DNA of 64,000 nt, taken from an uncultured Verrucomicrobiae bacterium (GTDB lineage: Bacteria > Chlamydiota > Chlamydiia > Chlamydiales > Rhabdochlamydiaceae). The position numbers and the translations under genes are program-made. This document shows, piece after piece, positions 41,118-50,940 of the stretch. The stretch covers positions 32,001 to 96,000 of the forward strand of contig CAWDYW010000002.1 of NCBI GenBank assembly GCA_963806855.1, in the 5' to 3' direction. The stretch's first letter is position 1; every line of letters starts with the position of its first letter. The notes beneath the pieces are model-generated. The model was not told the DNA's origin. It was given only the letters and a program-made list of their open reading frames with translations, and searched no databases.

Positions 41118-41957
41118 ATGTCAGTAAATATAACAGCAGTTCCTCAAAGGAGCCCATTTCGATATCCCGGTGGAAAAACTTGGTTAGTTCCGAAGCTAAG
41201 AAACTGGTTAAATTCTTTATCATTTAAACCAAAGCTTTTCATCGAGCCATTTGTTGGAGGAGGGATATTAAGTCTAACTGTGGCTTGTGAAAACTTGGCC
41301 GAGCATGTAATTATGGCAGATATTGATGATGATGTTGCAGCTGTTTGGCAAACCATCATTAATGGAGATGGAGAAGAGCTAGCCAACCTCATCAGGCAAT
41401 TCGATCTTTCAATCGATTCATACTATGCAAGAATCAATATAACAGCCTCTAGTAAGATAGAACAAGCATTCCAGACAATTTTGAGAAACCGCGTAGCCCA
41501 CGGTGGAATTCTCGCTCCGGGTGCAGGGATAATCAAAAGCGGGGAAAGTGGCAAAGGAATACGCTCTCGATGGTATCCGGAGACTCTGTATAAAAGAATA
41601 TTGGAAATTAGTGCTGAAAGAAAAAAAATCACTTTTATTCAACAAGATGCATTTCAAGTATTGGGGACTTATTTTCACCAGAAAGAGGCAGTCTGGCTCT
41701 TAGATCCACCTTATACTCTTGGGAACAAAAAGGCTGGACGACGACTATATAAACATAGTGAAATTGATCACGATAAGTTATTCGAGTTTGCTTCTAATTT
41801 GAGTGCTGAATTTTTAATGACTTATGAAAATGATGAAAAGGTGGTTGAATTAGCTTTAAAACGAAATTTTGATATTCTACCGATCTCAATGAAAAGTCGA
41901 CAACATGCTGAAATGACCGAATTGCTAATTGGGCGCAATCTTGATTGGGCTCGATAA
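41118..41957 (+). CDS. DNA adenine methyltransferase (Dam/D12 class)
   Basis: SPFRYPGGKTW, FIEPFVGGG (motif I), LDPPY (motif IV). Confidence 0.92.
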   Translation: MSVNITAVPQRSPFRYPGGKTWLVPKLRNWLNSLSFKPKLFIEPFVGGGILSLTVACENLAEHVIMADIDDDVAAVWQTIINGDGEELANLIRQFDLSIDSYYARINITASSKIEQAFQTILRNRVAHGGILAPGAGIIKSGESGKGIRSRWYPETLYKRILEISAERKKITFIQQDAFQVLGTYFHQKEAVWLLDPPYTLGNKKAGRRLYKHSEIDHDKLFEFASNLSAEFLMTYENDEKVVELALKRNFDILPISMKSRQHAEMTELLIGRNLDWAR

Positions 41958-42244
41958 CAAATTATCGCTAATATTGCATATAAAAAATATTATCTATTTT
42001 TTTGCAATCTTAATTTTCAATTTCGTTGTTAAACATTCGAATTTATTGCTTTTAGGCGATCTTCAATTTTATTCACGATTAGTTAATTCAAGTCTACCCA
42101 TTGAGAGGTAATCCAAGAACTCGTGTGATATGAGTAAGAAAAAAAGTTGTCCTAAAATCAGTATTTTTTGTTTATTCAGTAATGTCATTTTTATAGCATT
42201 TGTTTTTTAGTTAACTAAAAATACAGTTTCTTTGTATAATTTCA

Positions 42245-44347
42245 GTGAATTTAAAAAATTATTACCAAAGATTTGTTATGAATATTACCAACGGGATAAT
42301 GGGAGACACCAACAATCCGCTAATCGCTTTGCTCGGTGCGTATACGGAAAATTTTGTTGGTTATGTGTATACTATGAGTTTTGATGAGGCTCATTTATTG
42401 ACAAACGATGCTTGGAAATCGCAGGTGGGGGGAATACCACATAATAGTTTTCTCGTAGCTACGGCATTTAATCCTGAACAATTTGCTGCCGCCCACGAAG
42501 TTGATCGTGAAGTACTTCTTCTTCGTGTTTTAGGTCCTTCTCCATTACCTCAAGATGGCGAGCTCCTTCGATATCGTGTCGAGCATAATCAGCGCCGTAC
42601 ACGAGAGGAAGTTTTTAACCAAGATCATGCTGGCGATCCGATTACTCGCGATTCACTCCAATATGGAGGGCTGCATTGCCGCGTTTTAGGCACATTTTTC
42701 ATCGAGAATGGTAACTTGAGACTTGGGAGTGATGTTGAGAACTACATGACTTCAACTCGTCTGCGGGTGTTCAAGCCTAGAGATAAAGCATTAGAGCGTA
42801 TAGTAAATCACATTAATCAAGAAGTGCTAAATAAAGCTGAGTCCGAAGCTAAGAAATCCGGATTTAATAAGCTTCCGACACCAATTCAGATAGGTACACT
42901 ACGCTACACGTCAACTGCTCGGATCCATCGTAGTTCGAAGGAACCGCCAGTTTCAGTATTGATCCAACCCTCAGATTTTCTTGCTCATCGCACTGCCGTA
43001 TTAGGAATGACTCGTACAGGTAAATCTAATACAGTAAAGAGTACAGTTGCAGCTGTCCATATTTCCGCTTTGAGCGCCGGAATCAAGGTCGGGCAAATAA
43101 TTTTCGATATTAATGGTGAATATGCTAATGCCAATCATCAGGATGACGATAGTTCTATAGCCAAAGTGTTTGAAAAGAGTTGCGTTCGTTATCGAGCTAT
43201 ACAAACTGAGGGTTTTGAAGATCTACGTACAAACTTTTATGAACAATGCGCCGAGGGGTTGAATTTGTTAGCGCAGCTTTCTAAAGATGATCAGTACCGA
43301 AACCAAACCGATCTCGAACTTTTTTTGGATAGTGGCTTAGAGGAGCCAGATAAGACAGATCATAGTGATCATACGCGGTGGAAAGTCAGAAAAGCTATTT
43401 TCCAGTGCATTCTATATTCTGCAGATTATAGACCTTCAAAAGATTATATAATTAGTTTTCCTGCTAATGAGGAAGTATTAAATGAAGTTTCAAAAAATTC
43501 TGATGAGCAAAAAAATGATAAGGATTTTTCAGGAGATGTTAAAATGTCCTTGGAGAATGCTCGTGACTGGTTTATTGCAGCCCGCGAGCGGAACTATAAA
43601 TTGCAAAAGGAGCAAGAAGAGGCAGGTAAGAAAAAAATAGGACTTAAGTCTAGCAGTGGTAAACCATGGGTTGATTCTGTTACGGAGGCTTATCTGAATG
43701 TTCTTGCACGAAAAAACAATACAGGTACCCCCATTCGTGGCTACCGGGCTATTATTTCTTATGGCGAATATCACTCATCTCAGAGACGTTCTGATGTGGT
43801 GAAAGAAATTTTAGATCATCTGCAGAAAGGAAAAATTGTCATACTGGATCTTTCATGTGGGCCTGTGACTGCGCGTACCACCCTCTCAGAACGCATAGCT
43901 AGACAGATCTTTGAAAACTCTTTTAAAGAGATGAATTCTGGAAAAGTGCCTCAGAACATAGTTATTTACGTAGAGGAGGCTCACAATCTTATTGGTAAAC
44001 AGGATGATCTTACAAAGACTTGGCCTCGCATTGCAAAGGAAGGAGCAAAGGCTAAGATTGCATTTGTTTACGCGACTCAAGAACCCTCTTCGATTCACCC
44101 CAATATTCTGGCGAATACGGAAAATTGGTTTATTACGCATTTAAATAATGATGATGAATTAAGGGTCTTGGGTAAATTTTATGATTTTGCAGATTTTCAA
44201 TCGTCGCTTAAGAGTGCACAGGATGTGGGTTTTGCTCGTGTTAAAACTCTATCAACACCATTTGTGATACCAACTCAGATAAAACGATTTGAACCAAAAG
44301 AACTCGAAAAGCAACTGTTTCAAATTCAGGCCGATAAGGCTGATTAG
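42245..44347 (+). CDS. HerA/FtsK-superfamily ATPase (DUF87, HAS-barrel-like N-terminus)
   Basis: HRTAVLGMTRTGKSN (Walker A), IFDINGEY, IYVEEAHN (Walker B), RIAKEGAK, ATQEPS; start may be 42278 or 42299. Confidence 0.88.
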   Translation: MNLKNYYQRFVMNITNGIMGDTNNPLIALLGAYTENFVGYVYTMSFDEAHLLTNDAWKSQVGGIPHNSFLVATAFNPEQFAAAHEVDREVLLLRVLGPSPLPQDGELLRYRVEHNQRRTREEVFNQDHAGDPITRDSLQYGGLHCRVLGTFFIENGNLRLGSDVENYMTSTRLRVFKPRDKALERIVNHINQEVLNKAESEAKKSGFNKLPTPIQIGTLRYTSTARIHRSSKEPPVSVLIQPSDFLAHRTAVLGMTRTGKSNTVKSTVAAVHISALSAGIKVGQIIFDINGEYANANHQDDDSSIAKVFEKSCVRYRAIQTEGFEDLRTNFYEQCAEGLNLLAQLSKDDQYRNQTDLELFLDSGLEEPDKTDHSDHTRWKVRKAIFQCILYSADYRPSKDYIISFPANEEVLNEVSKNSDEQKNDKDFSGDVKMSLENARDWFIAARERNYKLQKEQEEAGKKKIGLKSSSGKPWVDSVTEAYLNVLARKNNTGTPIRGYRAIISYGEYHSSQRRSDVVKEILDHLQKGKIVILDLSCGPVTARTTLSERIARQIFENSFKEMNSGKVPQNIVIYVEEAHNLIGKQDDLTKTWPRIAKEGAKAKIAFVYATQEPSSIHPNILANTENWFITHLNNDDELRVLGKFYDFADFQSSLKSAQDVGFARVKTLSTPFVIPTQIKRFEPKELEKQLFQIQADKAD

Positions 44348-44360
44348 CGAGAAATAAGAC

Positions 44361-45725
44361 ATGCCATATCAAAATCAAAGAGCAGGAAAATGCGCTCAAA
44401 GCGATATAATCAAGAATCCTGATGTGGCTGGATTTCTTTCTAACTGTAATTATATCCGTGATCCAAGTGATGATGAGGGCAATCACATCGCAAGATCGTT
44501 TATGGACATCCCATCTTCTAGTGTATTGCCAATAAAAGTTGTGGCATCTGATGCTAGCATCTACGCAAATCCAATTAATACTAATTTTCCCTCTACACAA
44601 ATGGGCTATATAAAGCTGAGTTTTTTATTGGTAGATATGGCCAATTTTAATGGACTAACTCAGCCAGACACATTTTTTATTAATCCATTTAAAGTAGCAG
44701 AAATACACCGTAATGCAGATGCTTTTGCCTTTACCTTGCCAGGAAGCAATATTCGTTATAAGAATGCCTCGACTGTGAAAGATGGTTTCCGTTTGGCGGT
44801 TTGGGATCAATTATCAGATAGACGGACAAATTTCACTATGTCAGGTCCATATTCGGTCATAGATACCTTATTTGACATAGCAGATGGACAAATTAAAATC
44901 GAAAAATGTCCTAGTTGTTGTCACAAACCCGATAGCCCTTATTTATTCCGATCTCCGAAAGAGCTAAAGACTTGTCAACAGTGTGAAATGCCCATTTACC
45001 CTACAGATAGTCTCAGGTTGCATGAGGAGATTAGCGATTTTGGAAGCAATACTTCTCCAATGACAAGATTTATGAATGTCATCGAACATCTATCAATGGC
45101 AAGTCTTATACGTATGTTGAGCGAGCATCAGCCAGAAACCCTATCAAGAATGGCCTTTATTATTGATGGTCCCTTGGCAATTTTTGGCGAGCCTTCTTGG
45201 GTTTCAAAACGTCTTATGTATTTTTACAATCGCATTAATCGAGAATTGGATACACGAGGTTTGCCAGCCCCTTTAATTATTGGTCTTCAAAAGGAAGGTC
45301 AAGCGATGGATCATGCAAGATCTATCCAGAGCTTTGTAGGCGCCGGTCGTTATCGTGTTATTGACGATGATTACAGGAAGCAATACATTTCGGCAGGTAT
45401 GTCAAATAGTTTAAACTTTGGAGACGAGACGTACTATGGACAAGATTTTATTTTAAAAACGGAAAAGGGGCAGATTTTCGTCATTGCCTTGCCTTATCCT
45501 TTCTCGACAAAGAATAACAAAGCAGAATTTTCCATAAAAAAGACGGATGTTTCGAGATATCCAGCATTAGGTCGCTCCTTTGATCTAATAAAACACTTTG
45601 AATTAGACCTATATCAGAGTGCTATAATCCCTATAGCTTTGGCGCATCGTCATGCCTCTATTAGCCTTGTTCCTGGAGGAAAAGTTCTCGATTTGATGAC
45701 CAAACATGGGCTAAGTATGAAATAG
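44361..45725 (+). CDS. NurA-like (RNase H fold) nuclease with a Zn-ribbon insertion
   Basis: VASDAS, IEHL, FIIDGPL, IIGLQKEG, PIALAHRHASI; CPSC...CQQC insertion; 13 bp downstream of HerA. Confidence 0.72.
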   Translation: MPYQNQRAGKCAQSDIIKNPDVAGFLSNCNYIRDPSDDEGNHIARSFMDIPSSSVLPIKVVASDASIYANPINTNFPSTQMGYIKLSFLLVDMANFNGLTQPDTFFINPFKVAEIHRNADAFAFTLPGSNIRYKNASTVKDGFRLAVWDQLSDRRTNFTMSGPYSVIDTLFDIADGQIKIEKCPSCCHKPDSPYLFRSPKELKTCQQCEMPIYPTDSLRLHEEISDFGSNTSPMTRFMNVIEHLSMASLIRMLSEHQPETLSRMAFIIDGPLAIFGEPSWVSKRLMYFYNRINRELDTRGLPAPLIIGLQKEGQAMDHARSIQSFVGAGRYRVIDDDYRKQYISAGMSNSLNFGDETYYGQDFILKTEKGQIFVIALPYPFSTKNNKAEFSIKKTDVSRYPALGRSFDLIKHFELDLYQSAIIPIALAHRHASISLVPGGKVLDLMTKHGLSMK

Positions 45726-45758
45726 CTATCTGTTGCTCACTTGATTGTGACATGAACT

Positions 45759-46070
45759 TTACTCTCGATCAGATGTTGGAGCGATTTTAAGAATTTCTAA
45801 GGCATAGAGATTCCCCTGGATTGCACTGTTAACAATTTGTTCATCGAGTTTCCAGGGTTTCTCATATTGAGCCAGGATCGAAATTGCATATCGATTACCT
45901 TCCAGAGCCTCAGTAATTAGGCGATCTTTGATTTTGTATTCTTTCCATCCCATGTATCCAGCGAACGAGATTAATACTGCAAACATTAAAATAGGCACGG
46001 AAAAATATTTAAGAATTTTTCGAAAATTTTCCATATGGGGATCCTTTTTTGAGATTGCATTATGACCCAT
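45759..46070 (-). CDS. Small membrane protein, hypothetical
   Basis: One TM helix and a short internal repeat (ALEGNRYAISIL / AIQGNLYALEIL). Confidence 0.5.
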   Translation of the reverse strand: MGHNAISKKDPHMENFRKILKYFSVPILMFAVLISFAGYMGWKEYKIKDRLITEALEGNRYAISILAQYEKPWKLDEQIVNSAIQGNLYALEILKIAPTSDRE

Positions 46071-46223
46071 AATCGATTTTGTAGTAAGACGAAGCTTTTT
46101 TTTAATATGCTCAATGATTCTCCATTTCTATATTGACTCCATGTACATTAAGAATTCGGAATATGGCGTTAGACTTGTGATTGAAAGCCTCTATAATGTC
46201 CATTTTTACGAAACGAACCCATT

Positions 46224-46712
46224 TTAGATGTTCGAATGGATGTCTACCGCTATGGGCGCAAATACCGCTTGCCCTTGCCTCATCCCTTGGAGTCTCTGCA
46301 GCTCATGAAGGGCTCGATAGAGTGTTCTTTCGAGGTTCGATTCATAGCGTGAGATTGAATTGAGAATGGAAGTATTATATGCATCCTGGATATTTCGTAA
46401 TTTCCCCATGTAGTCTTTGTCCTCAAGAGCCTTGGACTCTGCCGTAATTAACCGTTGCAATCGCCACAAAGTAGCCCCTATCTTTTCAGTCAGAACTTCT
46501 TCGATTTTCCCTTGCGGTTGAAGGGTGGTGAACAAGTCATCCATGAGAGCTTGTAAAGCCCTAGAGTCCTCCTCTCGAATAATAAGATCTTTAGATAGGA
46601 GCCCGTGTTTGACTGAATTCCTGCGAGCTAGCTCTTTGCCCTCTGGGGTTTTGGGGCCCGTAGATCTTAACGCATTTTTGCGATTGGCTTGGATTTGTTT
46701 ATCTGTAATCAT
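46224..46712 (-). CDS. Mobile-element hypothetical protein (STGPKT.EGK motif family)
   Basis: QANRKNALRSTGPKTPEGKELARRNSVKHGL; AAGGA RBS. Confidence 0.65.
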   Translation of the reverse strand: MITDKQIQANRKNALRSTGPKTPEGKELARRNSVKHGLLSKDLIIREEDSRALQALMDDLFTTLQPQGKIEEVLTEKIGATLWRLQRLITAESKALEDKDYMGKLRNIQDAYNTSILNSISRYESNLERTLYRALHELQRLQGMRQGQAVFAPIAVDIHSNI

Positions 46713-46783
46713 ATTTTTATCCTTCTTTTTTATCCCCATAAACCCCAGAAATACCTTTTTGGGGTTTATGAGGGTGGTTAATA

Positions 46784-48832
46784 CTACTCAAAGGCTCTCG
46801 GGTGCAGGTTCCAAAATTCTGATTGGCGTCCTGTTTGGCTTGGTACTTTTTCGGAAACTACCCATCCATAATCCTGGAGCATTTCAAGCGCTGCGCGCAC
46901 TCTGATCGAATCTGACAATCCCCCGAGTCCCTGGTGATAAATGTCTTGTGCTTTGAATCTTGAAGGGAGTCGTTTTTGGCGTAGGAGATTCAATATGGTC
47001 TCTACATCGCCGACTGTTCCGCCAACCACGCTTTCATAGCATCGTCGTGCATGAGATTCGAAGTAAGCGAGAATTTCCAATGCGGATTCGAGGGTATCTG
47101 GGGTTACGTCATTTTGCTGTGATTCAGCATCAGTTTCTTTAAGCCGATGCAGGATAATCACCAGGACAGCCAAAGTCTTGGCCTGTTTCCCGAGGTGACT
47201 TTCCCAGTAAGCGGGATGCTTGCCAAACCGGGTATCATTCTCATGCTTTACTAACCAGTTGTCGAATTTTACCTGCGCTTCAGAGCTAAATACCAGTATC
47301 CTATTTTCGGATCCGGCTTCCTTATCGATTTGTGTCCAAATCTTTTGGATCCCATTCTCAAGCTGAGAGGGGATTATCTCATGAGATAGTTCAAAATATT
47401 GCTTGTGATCTGGATAGCAGACAAATTGGAACCTCTGCATAAAACCGTCTGCTCCACTGCTTCGGCTCATGGCTTCTTGTAGATAGCGTTGAAGCGCTGT
47501 TGGAGGAATGCAGCCAATCCATGTGAGCGCAAGAGGAATGTTGAGAAGGGACTCTCGACACATCCTGTCTTCGGAATACTCCTCAAGGCCTGACCAACAA
47601 CTCATTATGAATGAGCGGTCCCCCTCGCTCCCATATTTATCAAGACGTTCTAACTGCCCCTTGAGCTCATCATTACGGAGGAGGATACCTCTTGGGTTTC
47701 CGGCCATTAGTTCACGTAGTTTAGGTGTTGTAACGTCATCGGTGATGTATCTACGACGAATTGGAGGCAGCTCATCAAAATCTTTAGAGCTTTTTTCCGT
47801 TTCTCGTTTCCTATTTGAGTAGGCTTTTTTCGCTGCAGCAAATTCTTGGGCTGCTTGAGCCTCAAGGGATTTGAATAAACGGAAAATTCTTCTCATAATG
47901 GGGCTTTTTTTGGCAGATGGGGGACCAACTAATGCAGACCAGCAATTTGCAGTTTCATACCATGTGTCATTGGCCCGCATGCGTAGGTATACTGAGCGTC
48001 CAATTAACCCTCCGAGTGATGTAATCAGCGTTGTGGCTGAGTAATCAGCAACTTGAGAAAATTGCAGTGAGGTTAGTCTAAGAAATTCGCCAATTTTTTT
48101 AGGAAAAGCATGTACAGGGAACGTCGGGACAGGCAGAAGATCGACTTTCAGCTCCCGCGGTGCATGCTCAAAAAGAGCTTCAATGGGTTTGAAATCAACC
48201 TCGGGGCAATCCTCTACTTTAATGAGCCTTTTTTTGATCTCTTGAGTGAGGCCCTTTTGCACGGGCTCGACCATATTAAGGGGAATGGTTTGAAATCCAT
48301 CCCAATCTTGGCCCATGAGAACTGTTGATTGGAGCCAGTCTACTACGTCGCCACCCGGAATTTCTGGAGCCAAATTTGCCACTAGAATCTCGGCATCCGG
48401 AACGATGCGACGCAATTCTGTAGAGACTAATCGAGTAAACGAGACGCCAGCCTTATCGTTGTCGCGTAAAATAAGAAAACGGTTATAATAGCGCACAGGT
48501 TTCCAGTCTGAATTGGAGGGGTTTTGCGCCCCTAGAACCGATGTGATCACAGGCCAGCCCAAGTGATGTAGGGCGCTTGCGCACTTTTCCCCTTCTGTGA
48601 TGATCAAGGCATTGAAGGGGGAAGGGGATTTTAAGGTGTGAAGTCCAAAGAGAGGATAGGGGGAAGGACAAGTTCCCTCTATCCACTCATTGTCGGATAA
48701 CCGAAACTGGCGATAGCTTTTCTTTCCAGTGGTCTCATATCTTCCAATGACCATGACGGGCATGCCGTGATCGATATAAGTCCAATGGTGTTGGTAACCC
48801 GGGATATTTGGTAGATGGTCTTTAGGGATCAT
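46784..48832 (-). CDS. TOPRIM primase plus DUF3987 helicase-like replication protein
   Basis: IITEGEKCA, LRDNDKAG, GGDVVDW; GPPSAKKSP, DELKG, DGFMQRF. Confidence 0.85.
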   Translation of the reverse strand: MIPKDHLPNIPGYQHHWTYIDHGMPVMVIGRYETTGKKSYRQFRLSDNEWIEGTCPSPYPLFGLHTLKSPSPFNALIITEGEKCASALHHLGWPVITSVLGAQNPSNSDWKPVRYYNRFLILRDNDKAGVSFTRLVSTELRRIVPDAEILVANLAPEIPGGDVVDWLQSTVLMGQDWDGFQTIPLNMVEPVQKGLTQEIKKRLIKVEDCPEVDFKPIEALFEHAPRELKVDLLPVPTFPVHAFPKKIGEFLRLTSLQFSQVADYSATTLITSLGGLIGRSVYLRMRANDTWYETANCWSALVGPPSAKKSPIMRRIFRLFKSLEAQAAQEFAAAKKAYSNRKRETEKSSKDFDELPPIRRRYITDDVTTPKLRELMAGNPRGILLRNDELKGQLERLDKYGSEGDRSFIMSCWSGLEEYSEDRMCRESLLNIPLALTWIGCIPPTALQRYLQEAMSRSSGADGFMQRFQFVCYPDHKQYFELSHEIIPSQLENGIQKIWTQIDKEAGSENRILVFSSEAQVKFDNWLVKHENDTRFGKHPAYWESHLGKQAKTLAVLVIILHRLKETDAESQQNDVTPDTLESALEILAYFESHARRCYESVVGGTVGDVETILNLLRQKRLPSRFKAQDIYHQGLGGLSDSIRVRAALEMLQDYGWVVSEKVPSQTGRQSEFWNLHPRAFE

Positions 48833-49143
48833 TAGAATACCCCTTGTGTTTCTATAAGCTTAAGCAATGCCCCTCGAAAACTGAGGCCATCTCTTTTTTG
48901 CAAAAAGGCGATGATGTCGCCTCCCTTTGCGCCACAAGACCAGCATTTGAAAGAGCCGGTTTCCAGATTGACTTTGAAGGAGCCAGCTTTCTTGTCTTCG
49001 TGAAAAGGACAGAGGCCAGCAGTTGCCCAATCCCCTGATCTCTGGGCAAGGCTGATAAGGGATTGTTCAGCCAGGTAGAATGCATAAGGGTCAATCATGC
49101 CTTTGATTGCTTTAGCATCGAGCTGTCTGGTGAAGTCATTCAT
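48832..49143 (-). CDS. CHC2 zinc-finger primase domain protein
   Basis: LCPFHEDKKAGSF...FKCWSCGAKGGDIIAF. Confidence 0.88.
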   Translation of the reverse strand: MNDFTRQLDAKAIKGMIDPYAFYLAEQSLISLAQRSGDWATAGLCPFHEDKKAGSFKVNLETGSFKCWSCGAKGGDIIAFLQKRDGLSFRGALLKLIETQGVF

Positions 49144-49349
49144 TTTTGACCTCCTTTTGATGCTTGGGATTCGATCCACTCTTCAAAGAGATCCATTCGT
49201 AAATAGCAGCGCCTGCCGATTTTTCGGACCGCTTTCTCTAAACCATTCCGGTGTCTCATTAGCAAATAATGCCTAATTTGACCAATTGTAAATGGGTACT
49301 TATTGCCTGCAGCAATTTGCTTTGGTTCCAAATATATTTTTTCTTCCAT
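49140..49349 (-). CDS. Small DNA-binding protein (Xis/AlpA-like)
   Basis: 69 aa, KIGRRCYLRMDLFEEWI; AGGAG RBS; directly upstream of the primase module. Confidence 0.7.
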   Translation of the reverse strand: MEEKIYLEPKQIAAGNKYPFTIGQIRHYLLMRHRNGLEKAVRKIGRRCYLRMDLFEEWIESQASKGGQK

Positions 49350-49475
49350 AATATTCTCCTTGGCAGCTCTGTGCCTTTTTGAGTTCATATGGACTTTATT
49401 GGAGCAGAACTAGCAAAAGGTGTCCTACGGGTTCTCAGAAAAATTCGGGGTTTTGGGAAATTGAATTGATAGAAC

Positions 49476-50939
49476 TTATTGGGTGTGCATAGAAGCAGCT
49501 TGTTGTTTAACAGCTTTTTTGATTTCTTCTTTGATTTTCTGTGAATTGATCCGATATGGGGAGTTTTTTATTAACTCCTCTTGTTTCGTTATCTCTCTCC
49601 TCAATTCAAGGGATATTAGAGTACCAGGTATAACGTGAACTTTTTCAAGGAAGTCTTTTGGAAGAAGTTTGTGTTCAATTCCAAATGATTCTGCGTTTTT
49701 TTTGCTTAAAAGTTCTTCCAGATTGTCATAGTTGATTTTTTTAAAAAGTTGATCTGATTTGTTCAATTTCGAGGAGCTGATCCATGCAGCAAGGATATCC
49801 ATGACCCCCTGAGTAGGAAAGATCTCTTGTTCATTCACGCGAATCACAAGAGATTGAAAATCAATGTCGGAAACCTTTATGGCAAAGAAATCATCAACTT
49901 TTAGATGCAGGCCTGAAAAAGCTGAATGTTGTGCAAGCCAAATAAAAAGGATTCCTTCACCTAGTACTATGCTTTTTCGTTTTTTCTCAAGAAATTGAGT
50001 ACAAAGATAGTATAATACTGCAGCACATTCGATATCACTTATACAAGTTGCCGGTCGTTTGGCTGAATATTTTTCTTTTTTCACTTGTCTTTGCCTGTGC
50101 GCTCGTAGTTGAGAGAGCTCTCTTTTTTTCATTTCCTCGGGTAGTGATGTGTTCGATATCAATTCATTTTCTACCATTGATATGAATTCCCTAAGAAGAT
50201 CTTTTATCATTGGATTTCGACTTGAAGTAGCTTTTTTTCGAGAAATTACATAAAAATCCCTTAGAGTTGCTGTTGAAGGAAACAGACCAGTAATTAAGTG
50301 ATACCTGATTTTCCAATCTAGCTCTTTATTTTTCCATTTTTCCAACTCATGTTGGTTCATAGCAGGAAAATGATGATCATTAATCGCGTATTCATAAATA
50401 AAAGCTTCAAATCTAAGAAAACCAGGCTGTTCTAGGTCTTCGTAGATTGCTGTTAGAATTTTCGCTTCTTCAAGAGCTTGATGCAGCAAAGGAGTTAAAC
50501 GAATTGCCTCTAATTGGATCTCAAACCAATCGATATCTCCTCCAAATTCCTCATTAGAAGGACAATAAATAAGATCTCTTGCAAGTTTGGATTTCTGCCA
50601 TTCTCCATCAAATTGGGGTAGTTGAAAAATGATGCCGTAATCATCAATAGATGGAGAAATTAGTTTGTTTTTCAAAATTGGGAGCATAGGGGGTCTTGCA
50701 TACCTCAAGTAATACCCTTTTGCCCCCAGTGTTCCAAAATGTTTTGTTGCTAGATTTTTTATTTGATCTATTAATTTTGATGATGGAGGGCCAACGTTTG
50801 CATGCTTGGGATGTACTAAACAAACTCCAAATGGTTGTCCATGCTGCAGGCATTTTTTTAGACGAGCATCACATCTATCAAAAAGTGAAATTAGAGCTGT
50901 TTTAAATTCATGGAATGAATTAAGAGCTTTTTTCTTCAT
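49476..50939 (-). CDS. Hypothetical protein; C-terminus weakly tyrosine-recombinase-like
   Basis: 487 aa; IKVSDIDFQSLVIRV resembles the integrase box after the catalytic Arg, but catalytic residues are not evident. Confidence 0.6.
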   Translation of the reverse strand: MKKKALNSFHEFKTALISLFDRCDARLKKCLQHGQPFGVCLVHPKHANVGPPSSKLIDQIKNLATKHFGTLGAKGYYLRYARPPMLPILKNKLISPSIDDYGIIFQLPQFDGEWQKSKLARDLIYCPSNEEFGGDIDWFEIQLEAIRLTPLLHQALEEAKILTAIYEDLEQPGFLRFEAFIYEYAINDHHFPAMNQHELEKWKNKELDWKIRYHLITGLFPSTATLRDFYVISRKKATSSRNPMIKDLLREFISMVENELISNTSLPEEMKKRELSQLRAHRQRQVKKEKYSAKRPATCISDIECAAVLYYLCTQFLEKKRKSIVLGEGILFIWLAQHSAFSGLHLKVDDFFAIKVSDIDFQSLVIRVNEQEIFPTQGVMDILAAWISSSKLNKSDQLFKKINYDNLEELLSKKNAESFGIEHKLLPKDFLEKVHVIPGTLISLELRREITKQEELIKNSPYRINSQKIKEEIKKAVKQQAASMHTQ

Positions 50940-50940
50940 T

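Noticed and set aside
41958..42244. AT-rich spacer between MTase and HerA as an ncRNA or small ORF
   Set aside because: No convincing stem-loop or RBS seen; probably promoter DNA
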